DNA from: Blastocladiella emersonii ATCC 22665 | Lineage: Eukaryota > Fungi > Blastocladiomycota | Direction: 5' to 3' | Assembly (NCBI GenBank): GCA_025594325.1 | Contig: JANHCV010000012.1 | Location: 62,001-126,000 of the forward strand | DNA length: 64,000 bases | Part shown: in pieces, positions 53,921 through 63,597 of the stretch | Layout: every line of letters starts with the position of its first letter | How positions within the stretch are numbered: the stretch's first letter is position 1 | Program-made: the position numbers and the translations under genes | The notes under the pieces: generated by a model | Databases searched by the model: none | Seen by the model: only the letters and a program-made list of their open reading frames with translations | Told to the model about the DNA's origin: nothing

Positions 53921-55399
53921 GGTGTGTTGGGCCTCCAACGAGACATGTTTGATTTCAGCCTCAGATGCGACCATTACTCACGGCTTCGAGTGCTCGCTCG
54001 ATTAATCACGCGTGATGCTTCCCGACCATGGCGCTCATGGCCGCGCGGCCATCATTGCTCCATCACACACGAGTCTCAGATCACGAAGCATGACGTAGAA
54101 AACTGGTAGGTATCACGAAACTGCTATCCTACAAAGTTCTTGGGCGGATCGAGGACAAACTACTTGCAAACGCGTGAGGTAACTGGTGTGCAGACGAGCT
54201 GGCTAATCGGACAGACTCTTGTGCAAAATCGTGGAGCAACTCGATTCTCAGCACTGGCTGGAGCAAAGAGTGACTGTATTCATCGAGCTCATTCGACTAT
54301 CTTGGGATAAAATCAAGGTCGACACGACACGACTGATTCAAGCTACAGTTGAGACCCAAGTGTGTGTGCAGCACACACACACCGAGTGAGAAGAAGAGCT
54401 GTAAACCGACCCCCGTCGTCACTGCGCTTGCGCTACATTGCTGTGCACTCCCGCGGCCTGCTGTCGCGCGCAAACGCAATCCGGCATTGGTCAAGGAAGT
54501 GCGACGCGCCCCAGCTCTGCGCCCCGGCTCCATCGTCATTCGGTGGACCGAAATGCGCTTTTCGCTTTTTGGATCTTGTGCAAAGGCTCACCAGTGCGCG
54601 TGCCGGGGGCCGTGGTGGCTTTGCCTGACCTCGTGTCAGTGGTCTGAACCAGTGCCGGGTTCGAATCCTATGCCGGGGAACGGTTCCAACGGAACTATGA
54701 GATCAATACCAGGGGAAACCCTTTTGTCGTCTTCACTATAATTTTTGGATCCCAATTCGTCTTTGTCTCTTCCTTCTTTGAGCGCAGGGATAGCAAAGTC
54801 AAATTTTTAATTGGAGTTCCGCTGCCTCCGTCAACGCGCACCGTTCCCTGCGCCATGCCAAGCGAGCTGAGAAATACAGCCATCCAATACGACACGGGAC
54901 GATACGATACAACCAAAAAAAATCATGTTCGTTCACAACGTCATGGATGTATTGGTCCCAAGCGAGGCGGAAGCGCTCGAACTCGATAGTCACCACCTCG
55001 CTCAGCAAGAATTCATGCGTCAACTTGGCACTCTCCAGCACCTACGCCGCCGCGAGGCCAAACAGGTGGCGGGCGATCCGCGCGCGGCCTGCGTCAATCA
55101 ATACCACGCCCTTTTCCGCTCTCCGGTAACTGGCAGTGTAAAACGTGTATTAGGGCCCGTTTGGTTCCGGGGTGAATCAGGTGGATCAATCGATTTTACA
55201 CGGTCCGGTGTTCACCCAGCTGAAACGTGGCATTTTCACCCCGTCGCGTTCATCGCGGCGTTTGGGTCGACCCCCGGATGAGCTGAATGGAACCCTCGTC
55301 GCTGAATTGCCCGTCTGCTCGCCCCCGAAACCTTCAGGCTGTGCTTCCCGGCCTATATAAACGCTGTTTTCCTTCGTGGGGCGGCTCGACCACCACCGG

Positions 55400-55751
55400 C
55401 GAGTACTCGCACCTCGAGCAGGACGGCAAGGAGTCTGGTGACGTGGAAGGTGTCGATGGTCAAGACGACGCGGCCCCCGCCAGCAAGCGCAGCCGCACTT
55501 CGGACAGCAGCTCGCGTCGCCTCTCGGACTCGGAATTCCTCATGGGCATCAAGGAGGTGTTCCAGAGCGTCGCGACCGCCGACTCCAAGCCCGTCCTGAC
55601 CGCCGCACTTGAATGGGTCCAGGACGCGTACAACGACAATGAAGAGTACCAGATCGACGTCGCCACCCGCCTGACCGAGGATCAAGCGCTTCGCGCCATG
55701 GCCGTGTCCGGACCGAAGCGCAAGCGCGTCCTCGAGTTTTTCATTCAGTAG
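55400..55751 (+). pseudogene. C-terminal remnant of the Harbinger second ORF (Myb/SANT partner), inferred from position
   Basis: Coding-like stretch (…KRSRTSD…AALEWVQD…KRKRVLEFFIQ*) convergent with the transposase inside the TIRs. No Myb/SANT domain is visible. Confidence 0.55.
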
Positions 55752-56063
55752 CTCTCTCGCACATGTCCCCCTCCCTCGCGTTGCTTCCTGGCCTTGTTCT
55801 CGCCCATTTGTGTCCAATACATCTGGCTTTGTGTCCATCGTATCTTCAATCGTTACCCTTCGCTCAAAAATGACGCGACTCGTTGAGAAACGCGTGGTTC
55901 GCAAAGTGTCTCACACGTCACGTGATTGATCGACGCGTCTCCACCGATGCGTTCTGACCTCAGCGACGCGTCAAATCATCTGGAATCGCTTATCTAACGT
56001 TATAGTACTTGACAAATCAGTATATTACAGCATGCATGCGGGTACAACAATTATTTCGCGCCT

Positions 56064-57380
56064 TCAAAGACGGGTCCCACGAGCGGCCATGACGCGCCTG
56101 TACTCGGTCCAAAGAACATTTGCGATGCGGTTCCGAAGCGAGATACCGCGCTGACGAGCTCCGTCCAGCGAGGCCTCGAGGACAGCGGCCTCGTCGTCCT
56201 CCTCGTTCTCGTCGTTCAGGGGCTCGCGCCCACGCACACGCGCCTCACGCGCCGCGTCCCGCGCGCGCCGGAGCTCCGTCTCGGCGTCGCGAAAGAAGGC
56301 GTCGCCGCCTTGGTTCCACTTGTTGATCATGTTGTGCAGCGTGCAGAGCGCGTACACAAGCTTGACTTGAGTCTTGATTGGGTAGGCCGCGCCAATCGAG
56401 AGGACGCGGAACCGCTTCTTGAGCACGCCAAAGATACGCTCAACAGAGTTGCGGAGCGACGCGTGGCGCAGATTGAAAAGCTCCTCGCGGTTCTTAACTC
56501 TACGTACGTTGATGAAGCGGATGAGATGGCGCCAACGTGATGGTCATGGCAGTGAGAACGTACCCATCCTTGCCGCGAGCAAACTCGCGAAGATGATAGC
56601 GGGTACCGCGGAAGGGCACGATGATGGACGTGCGGTTTGCGTAGCCGCCGTCGGCGAGGTAGAAGCGGCCGGCGGGGATCTTGAACCCACGGGCGAAGGC
56701 GTCCAAGAGCACGCGCGAGTCATGCGCCTTGCCCTCCCACCCTGCGAGAACGTAGGTGAAGTTCAAGTCAAAGTCGCAGGCAGCGAGGACATTTGAGGAG
56801 ATGGTCCCCTTGCGGTTTCGGAACGAGTCGTGAAGCTTGGCGGGCACAACAAACGGGATGTGCGTTCCGTCAAGCGCGCCGACCGCGTTCTGGGACGGAG
56901 CGTATTTCGGATCGTGGGCGATGCGCTCATGCACGGGCGTAGAATCGGACGGCTGGACAATGAACTCGGGCATCAGGCGGTACAGAGCGTCGAGCACTTG
57001 CTTCAGAACCCTGGACGCGGTCTCGCCAGAGATTTGGAACCGCTCCCTGAGGTTGCGGTTGGTGCTGCCCTCGCCGGCCATGACAAGAAAAACCATGAAG
57101 CGCGCCTCGACGGACAGCTCGCGGCCGTCGGCGAGAAGGCCACGGTCGCGGAACAGGCGGCAGATGGCCTTGAAGGTCTCGCGGGGCATACGGGCGATTT
57201 CCGAAAAACGCGTTTCGCTGTTGCACGTCAGCAGCTCTTGAACCCACGACTCGCCGGAAGCGTGGACGTGCGGATAGGCTCCCACGAGCGGCGCTCGTTG
57301 CGCGCAGCGAGACGTCGCAGGAGAGCGAGGGCGGCCGTGAGTATGAGGCCGCGCAGCTTGCGGTTGTATCCCTTGCCCAT
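56064..57380 (-). pseudogene. Harbinger (DDE_Tnp_4 / HARBI1-like) transposase with a 1-bp frameshift near the 5' end
   Basis: Catalytic GALDGTH, YLADGGY and NSVERIFGVLKKRF, plus NRKG, GWEG.AHD.RV and LHN. Intron 56500-56563. ATG at 57380. A 1-nt deletion near 57256 relative to the copy at 63141-63350. Confidence 0.93.
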
Positions 57381-57760
57381 GTTGTTTGAGGGCTCGAGAA
57401 CACGATGCGTGAGGTTAGGTGTTGATTCGTTGCAATAAGTGCGGCTGCAAAGAGGTGGGAAAGATTTTATTGCGGGGGGGGGGGGGTTCATCCAGCGGGG
57501 CGTTTGGTTCGCACGGCCGCTGAGATGAACGGGGGTGAGGTGAAACGTGGCAACTTTTTCAGCTGATCCACCTGATCTGAACCAAACGGGCCCTAAGAGA
57601 GTGAGTGCAGCGACGCGTGGAGCGGAGAGTGTCTGGCTGCAAGCCCAAGCCTCGCGGTTATGATCACGACCCGCTGCCGCCTCCGTCGCCGCTGAACGAC
57701 GTTTCTTACTAATGGCTCACGCCCGTAAATTTCTCGATCTATATTCGTCAAGGAAGCATT

Positions 57761-58134
57761 TTACTTGAGCTTCTCAGCGACCTCGTCGCAGAAGGTGGCC
57801 AGGTTCACATCGCGCTCGCTGCAGCCGTCCGCGTCGTGCGTCGACCACGTCACCTCGACCTTGTTGTACACGTTGAACCATTCCTACGTGACAAGAGCGG
57901 GGTCAGCGGGGTGATCACGCGAGTAGCCGCGATCGGGCGGGCAGTACGCACAGGGTGGTGCGCGGCAGTCTCGGCCTTGAGGGCGATCGCGGACATAAAC
58001 TGCCAGGCCTGGTTGAAGTCGCGGAACTGGTACGACTTCATGATGGCGTCGCGGCGGGGCAGCTGGTCCTTCCACCCGCGGGCAAAGAGCGGCGCGAGGG
58101 CCGAGGCGCGGTTGGCGAGCTTGGTGATGGTCAT
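57761..58134 (-). CDS. PCBD1: Pterin-4-alpha-carbinolamine dehydratase
   Basis: Exons 58134-57952 and 57883-57761 give 101 aa: [15 protein letters not shown]...[29 protein letters not shown]. Confidence 0.95.
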
Positions 58135-58357
58135 GGTGAGTGCAATGCACAGAGTTACATGAACTGCCGGTCAGTTTTGAGGCTGTGAGAGGGGAGAGAT
58201 AGAGGGAGAGGCGAACGATCGGCGAAGCCACCCCAACGCGTTGTGGGCGCCACGTGTCGGCTCGACGCGTCTCCGCCCTCGCGTCGCGTCCGCCGTTCTG
58301 CAGGCCGCCTTTCTCACCGCGGAGACTCTTTGGAAGCCCTAGAGCTGATGTAGCACC

Positions 58358-60696
58358 ATGCAATTGCACTTGGATCTTGCGATATGGACGACCGCCCATG
58401 TTCCGCGGAACGCCGATGCCTTCGTCCCGCTGTACACGCTGCGGACCAAGGAGTCGATCACCGACCCGCTCGAGGGCGACTGGTTCGAGCACTGGCGCTC
58501 CACGCGCGGTGCAGCCCGCCGAGTGACTGAGCCATCCGCCCTGCTGCCCGCCGCTACCCGCCAGACCCTCGCCAACCTGGAGGCGCACCTGACGAGCGAT
58601 CCACCGCTGTGTCTGCTGTGGCACGACGAGAACACGGTCCAGATCCCGCTCTCATCCGGTCTTCTCGTGCGTCTTATCATCCACGGCGACTCGAATGACT
58701 TGTCCGCCGTCGTGCTCGACCCGATGCTTGCCAATGTCGTCAACCCGCCGCCCGCGCGAGACGGGCCGCAGGCGATCTACTCAACCGCTTCTGCGACGAC
58801 GACCGCCGCGATCCGAGGCCCCGTGCGGTGGTCCGGCGCTCACATTGAGCCGCACTTTGTCGTCGCCCAAATCGCGGGCGAGGAGAAGATCCGGCTCTAC
58901 TACAACAGCACGCGGCACAAAATTATGAATCTCGAACAGAATCCTCGCGCGACCATGGCCGCTCGGGTATGTTGCTCTCGAAACCGTCTGCCGCGGTGCG
59001 TCAACTGACCCGCGTATCGTACATCTAGCCCGAGTTCGTGGACGTACCTTACCCGCACGCCGAGCTTTCGCGGTTCCAAAGCCACCGCGAGCATCTTGCC
59101 GTCATCGCCCAGCACAGCGTCCAGCTGTACGAGCGCGTCGAGCGCGAGGGAAGGTGCGCTGCTCCCATGCCATGCCACCACTCAAACCCTAACCTCGTCC
59201 GACCTAGGATGCTTCTCAAGTCGACGGGAACAATCCAATCCGCGGACCCGCTCGCCGTTGTCCACCTCTCGCTCGGCTCCACCCTCATCACGCTCGTGCA
59301 CTCGACTGGCATCGGCGAAGCCTGGGTCCGCGGCTACTCGCTCACCAAGGGCACCTGGACCGAGCTCGACGCGCGCGGTCCCGTGCTCAGGCTCTCGAGC
59401 GCGATTACGGCGTGGGCCGCGAGCGCACCGCCCGCGTCCGCCGAGCACGACGGCGAGCGGCGACACGGCGTGACCTCCATCTACTTTGGCACAGCCACCG
59501 GCGAGCTCTTCCACCTCTGCGTCACCTGCGAGACCGACCACTTGTCGTGGAACATTGTCGCCAAAACTCCGGGTCCCGAGGCCGCGCCGTCGCACATCGC
59601 CGTCCATCCGCGCGGCGTCGCGACCGCGGTCGTGTACCCGTCGGGCCGTTTGTCCGTGTTCGACCCGCCTCTTCGCCCCATGGATTGCAGCCTTTCCGGG
59701 TCGCTCGCTTCCCGCGGCCGTGACACGACCACACCCTCGCCCATCGACCTGCTTCCGTCGCTCGCATTCCGCTGCCCTCGCGCGCTCGTCTCGTGGTCGC
59801 CCGAGCCCGCGGCGACGCGGCACGCTTACTCGCGCCCGGCTGCGGCGCCCAACTCGGCGCTTCTCGTCGTGTTCCAGCGTGGGCCCATCGTCAGCGTGCG
59901 CATCGCCGCGCCGCGGGCGGCCCTCGCCTCGCTCATCGCCTACGCGCGGCATCTCCTCGTCCGCGGCCACTGGAACCACGTCCGCAACCTCGCCACCGCA
60001 TGGCCGCTCGTCTCGCCGGGCCACATGGCAGACGTCGTCGTGCTCACGACGCTGCTGTGGGACGACACGACGTGCCGCCGGTCCCGCGGCACCGCAGCAG
60101 CGGCGGAGCAGATGCAGGTCGTCGAGCTGCTCCACCGCCTCGCGCAGGCGACGGGTGAGCCCAAGGCCTGCTCGACCCGCGTCACCGACGACATCACGGC
60201 GCTCGCGCGGTGCGTGCTCTCGCAGCTCGCGGCACAGGGCAACATCGAGGCCGCCGTCGTCGCGGCCGCGCGGCTGCCTGGCACACTCGACGTATCGGAC
60301 CTCCTGCACAAGTTCGCCGTGCTCGCGTTGTAATCGCCGGGCCAGACGTGCCGCGGGATCGCGGCCGCCGCGCACCTCGCGTTCCTGCGCCGGTGTCCCG
60401 GCCCGTACCCGCCGTACCTGTCGAGCGATCCAGCGGCGCGCGAGACGGACGACGGCGAGGCCGTGGCGGCGATGACGCCCGAGGACCTCATCGCGCTGTA
60501 CACGGACCGCGTGGCGCCGATCGCGGACGGCGCGCGGCCCGCGTTCGGGATCGACGTCAAGCGGCTCGCTGCGTACCTCGAGGCGTCTGGGCAGCACGAC
60601 GCGGCGCGCCGGTGGTGGCAGCAGATCCGGAACGACCGCGACGCGAGTCGCGCGGTGGCGCGGATCGATCAGGTGCGCGGTGGATTGTGCGAGTAA
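58358..60696 (+). pseudogene. WDPCP: WDPCP/Fritz (CPLANE subunit) with an in-frame TAA at 60331-60333
   Basis: TLANLEAHL....L...W......Q....SGLLV.L.....L..VVLD.ML matches the WDPCP N-terminal region. Introns 58967-59028 and 59154-59207. The frame continues past the TAA with coding-like codons to the stop at 60696. Confidence 0.7.
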
Positions 60697-60736
60697 AAAA
60701 CATCATGTTATTCACCAAGGTCCGAATGAATTCCCC

Positions 60737-61213
60737 TCAATCTTGGGGTTGGCCAAACGCGGTTTCGTGCATGAACCAGAAAAACCAGTCCTTTGGCACC
60801 ATCGACAAACCGTGCATTTGAAGGCACTTGACGCTGCCGAGTCGGATACACGTCTGCAGCATGAGATACGCTCCGAAAACGCCGATTGGATTCGTGTAGA
60901 TGCGCAGCGTCTCGAGCGTCGAGGGAAGGGCTGGAGCGAGAACCTTGACACCATCATCCGTGATTTCGTTGTGCGCCAGGTTAAGGAATTTGAGATGGGG
61001 CGGGATCACCGTGACAAGCGCCGCGAGATCGGTGTCGTTCAAATGACAGCGGGCGAGCGTGAGCTCGCGAAGAGTCGGTACAATGTAGGGGGTCCAGAAC
61101 GAAATACAGCCAGATGAGTGAATGGCCCATTCCAAGTCAAGCAAGCACTTCGAGCGCGGGAAAGCGAGCAAAGTTGGTGGCCGGGTCAAACACGGCATCA
61201 AGACCTTCGTCAT
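60737..61213 (-). CDS. RNI-like LRR ORF (fragment)
   Basis: LRELTLARCHLNDTDL, LKFLNLAHNEITDDGVKVLAPALP and LETLRIYTNPIG. Confidence 0.7.
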   Translation of the reverse strand: MTKVLMPCLTRPPTLLAFPRSKCLLDLEWAIHSSGCISFWTPYIVPTLRELTLARCHLNDTDLAALVTVIPPHLKFLNLAHNEITDDGVKVLAPALPSTLETLRIYTNPIGVFGAYLMLQTCIRLGSVKCLQMHGLSMVPKDWFFWFMHETAFGQPQD

Positions 61214-62039
61214 AAGGATTACCGGGTTCGCCAGTCAGTTCCACGTCGAGTTGGGTGAGCGTGAGACGCTTCAGGCTCGGGAGATCGCGGTGAAGAAGCG
61301 CGTTTGCGCCGAATACGCCAAACTTGCAATCGGTTGCTGTGAGGCACTCGAAGGTTCGAGGAAGGTGATGCACAATCGCGAAAAAGCCGTCCGACCCAAT
61401 TGGATTTAGCGACACGTCAAGCGCTGTCAAGTTAGGGGGAAGCCGACGAGCGAGAGCACGCGCACCGTCGCGAGTTATCAAGTTCTTGGAAAGCGACAAG
61501 CTGCGAATCCGAGGTGGTAGGTTAACGACAACCGTTTTGACACCCACGTCTTTTAGCTCGCACTCGGCGAGTGAAAGGTCGGTAAGAAGCGGAGGTAGTC
61601 CATGGACCAGCACCTCGAGCAAACCGTCATCAAGAGGGAAACCCCGAAAGCTTAGAGAAGTGAGAGCCGACGGGAGAAAGTGAAGGTGAGCACGAAACTG
61701 CGGAGACCGAAAGTATTCGTCTTCAATGTAAAGCGACGTAAGCGATTCGGGTAGCCACTTGCCCGGGAGAGGGTCGCAATAATCGTCAAGGCGATTATTT
61801 CCGAATTCCAGAGTCCGGAGCGAATCAGGAAACTTGAGCGCCTTGAAGCGAGTCCAGTTGAAATCGCACCCAAGCAGGGACGCAGTCTTGACGGGTTGCG
61901 CCGAGCTGGCCATGGCTTGGTTAAGTAGGTCGATGCCTTCCATAGTCAGGCGCTGGTGGTACAAATTCACCTCATCGAATCCATCGACTCGCGCAGAATC
62001 CAAGAGTTTCTGGGCCTTCGTGTCCCCTTCCGCTGGCAA
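61137..62039 (-). CDS. RNI-like LRR protein
   Basis: Repeats of LP..L..L.L..N.I...G (LPPRIRSLSLSKNLITRDGARALARRLPPNLTALDVSLNPIG). Confidence 0.8.
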   Translation of the reverse strand: MPAEGDTKAQKLLDSARVDGFDEVNLYHQRLTMEGIDLLNQAMASSAQPVKTASLLGCDFNWTRFKALKFPDSLRTLEFGNNRLDDYCDPLPGKWLPESLTSLYIEDEYFRSPQFRAHLHFLPSALTSLSFRGFPLDDGLLEVLVHGLPPLLTDLSLAECELKDVGVKTVVVNLPPRIRSLSLSKNLITRDGARALARRLPPNLTALDVSLNPIGSDGFFAIVHHLPRTFECLTATDCKFGVFGANALLHRDLPSLKRLTLTQLDVELTGEPGNPYDEGLDAVFDPATNFARFPALEVLA

Positions 62040-62277
62040 GGTAACGGGCGGCTAGAGTTGAGGAGAAGCGGCCCATATCAATCAGTACAATCGTTCATTA
62101 TGGATAACCAGGGGTCCAGGGACACTCCTTTTCGATACAAAGGGGATCCGTAGCCGATATTCATAGAGTGAGAGTAGACCAAGCGCGAACAGAGCCCAGG
62201 TGGGCCACAGAAGTCCCGCGGTTTGAAGCGGGAGCTGCGACTCGCGCCACCAGTCGAGCACACGAAAATGTCGATTT

Positions 62278-63140
62278 TCAGCTGCCTTTTTTGAGCGCCG
62301 CGGAAGTATGTTCGAGCGACATGTTAAAGTGGCGGCGGTACTGCAGCAGATCAGCGCGGACCGAGATGGTCGCCTGGTCAGCCGAAACGCGAGAGATTTG
62401 GTTGCAGATGGCGATTATAACGCCGGGGATTTGCGCTCTTGGCGCCACACGAGCGTACTCGAGCATGGCGCCGACCTCGTCCGGTTGGTGCAACTTCACC
62501 GCGTCGACGAGAATCTGGTCCAAGAGCGCCGGAATTGCAAGCTTAACGTGTTGCATAGAGTCCATTTGTTTCATCATTTGAGCTGCATCCATGGCTACGG
62601 GGGAAGCGGCGATCCAGCGTCCGCGATCGCTTCGTCTCAAGCCGCACTGCGGGACAGGTTGACAAGAGTGGCAGCCACCGTCGGCTGACCGCGTTGCGAC
62701 GCGTTTGCCGCGAGAAGGCCATCGTGCGGTTTACGATGCATTGGCAGGAATTTACTTGAAACCATATGGACGCTTTGTATCTGGTCTTCAATCGCGGGCT
62801 CAAACCCTCCGCCACGTGCGGCATCAGCTCACGCGGGAGACCTGGACTGCTGCGCAAGCGGATCGAGTCGGCGACGCGCTTGATCGCGATCAGGTAGTTC
62901 GAGAAGTGATTGCCGTGCAGTCGGAGCAGATGCTTTAAAAATGCCTCGATTAAGTTCAGAGTATGAGTGCACGCGCATCCTGCCAGGATCGCCGCGTCCG
63001 CAGCAGTGCGGTTGTGCGAACGCTCTGAGGGGCACGGACACGTCCTCCCGGTCGAAAAGCGGGTGATGTGGTACACCTTGAAGGTCGCGGAACGTGTGCG
63101 TGAAAAATGCATCGTCATCCGAAAAGTTGCACTGAGCAAC
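62278..63140 (-). pseudogene. Unknown-family coding remnant (GLSPRLKT family), truncated by the Harbinger end at 63141
   Basis: Protein-like frames 62543-63139 and 62278-62640. Homologous to 50475-50660 (GLSPRLKTRYKASIWFQVN vs GLSPRLKTKREAFRWLEYN). Confidence 0.45.
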
Positions 63141-63563
63141 GAAGGTCTCGCGGGGCATACGGGCGATTTCCGAAAAACGCGTTTTGCTGTTGCACGTCAG
63201 CAGCTCTTGAACCCACGACTCGCCAGAAAGCGTGGACGTGCGGATAGGCTCCCACGAGCGGCGCTCGTTGCGCGCAGCGAGACGTCGCAGGAGAGCGAGG
63301 GCGGCCGTGAGCATGAGGCCGCGCAGCTTGCGGTTGTATCCCTTGCCCATGTTGTTTGAGGGCTCGAGAACACGATGCGTGAGGTTAGGTGTTGATTCGT
63401 TGCAATAAGTGCGGCTGCAAAGAGGTGGGAAAGATTTTATTGCGGGGGGGGGGGGGTTCATCCAGCGGGGCGTTTGGTTCGCACGGCCGCTGAGATGAAC
63501 GGGGGTGAGGTGAAACGTGGCAACTTTTTCAGCTGATCCACCTGATCTTAACCAAACGGGCCC
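63141..63563 (-). mobile_element. Truncated second copy of the Harbinger promoter-side end (423 bp)
   Basis: Nearly identical to 57171-57593, including the G13 tract, the transposase 5' coding start and the TIR (AACCAAACGGGCCC). Followed by TTA. Confidence 0.95.
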
Positions 63564-63597
63564 TTACTCTGCACGCGAGGCGCGCTCTCCTTGAGGC

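Larger units (their letters stand above)
55153..57593 (-). mobile_element. PIF/Harbinger DNA transposon (defective)
   Basis: Perfect 15-bp TIRs GGGCCCGTTTGGTTC (55153) and GAACCAAACGGGCCC (57579-57593), TWA flanks, a HARBI1-like transposase and a convergent ORF1 remnant. Confidence 0.95.
55153..63563. mobile_element. Composite (macro)transposon with Harbinger ends and host-gene cargo, 8411 bp
   Basis: TTA at 55150-55152 and at 63564-63566. The flanks GTGTA-TTA and TTA-CTCTGCAC rebuild the uninterrupted GTGTATTACTCTGCAC at 12911-12926. Confidence 0.8.

Noticed and set aside
54640-54680. tRNA or tRNA-Sec gene around GGTTCGAATCC
   Set aside because: The T stem pairs poorly, and there is no acceptor stem or anticodon arm.
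55151-57595. Reading the inner element as Tc1/mariner with a TA duplication (TA|TIR…TIR|TA)
   Set aside because: The transposase is HARBI1/DDE_Tnp_4-like, a family that makes 3-bp TWA duplications, and the TTA pair at 55150 and 63564 is supported by the empty-site paralog.
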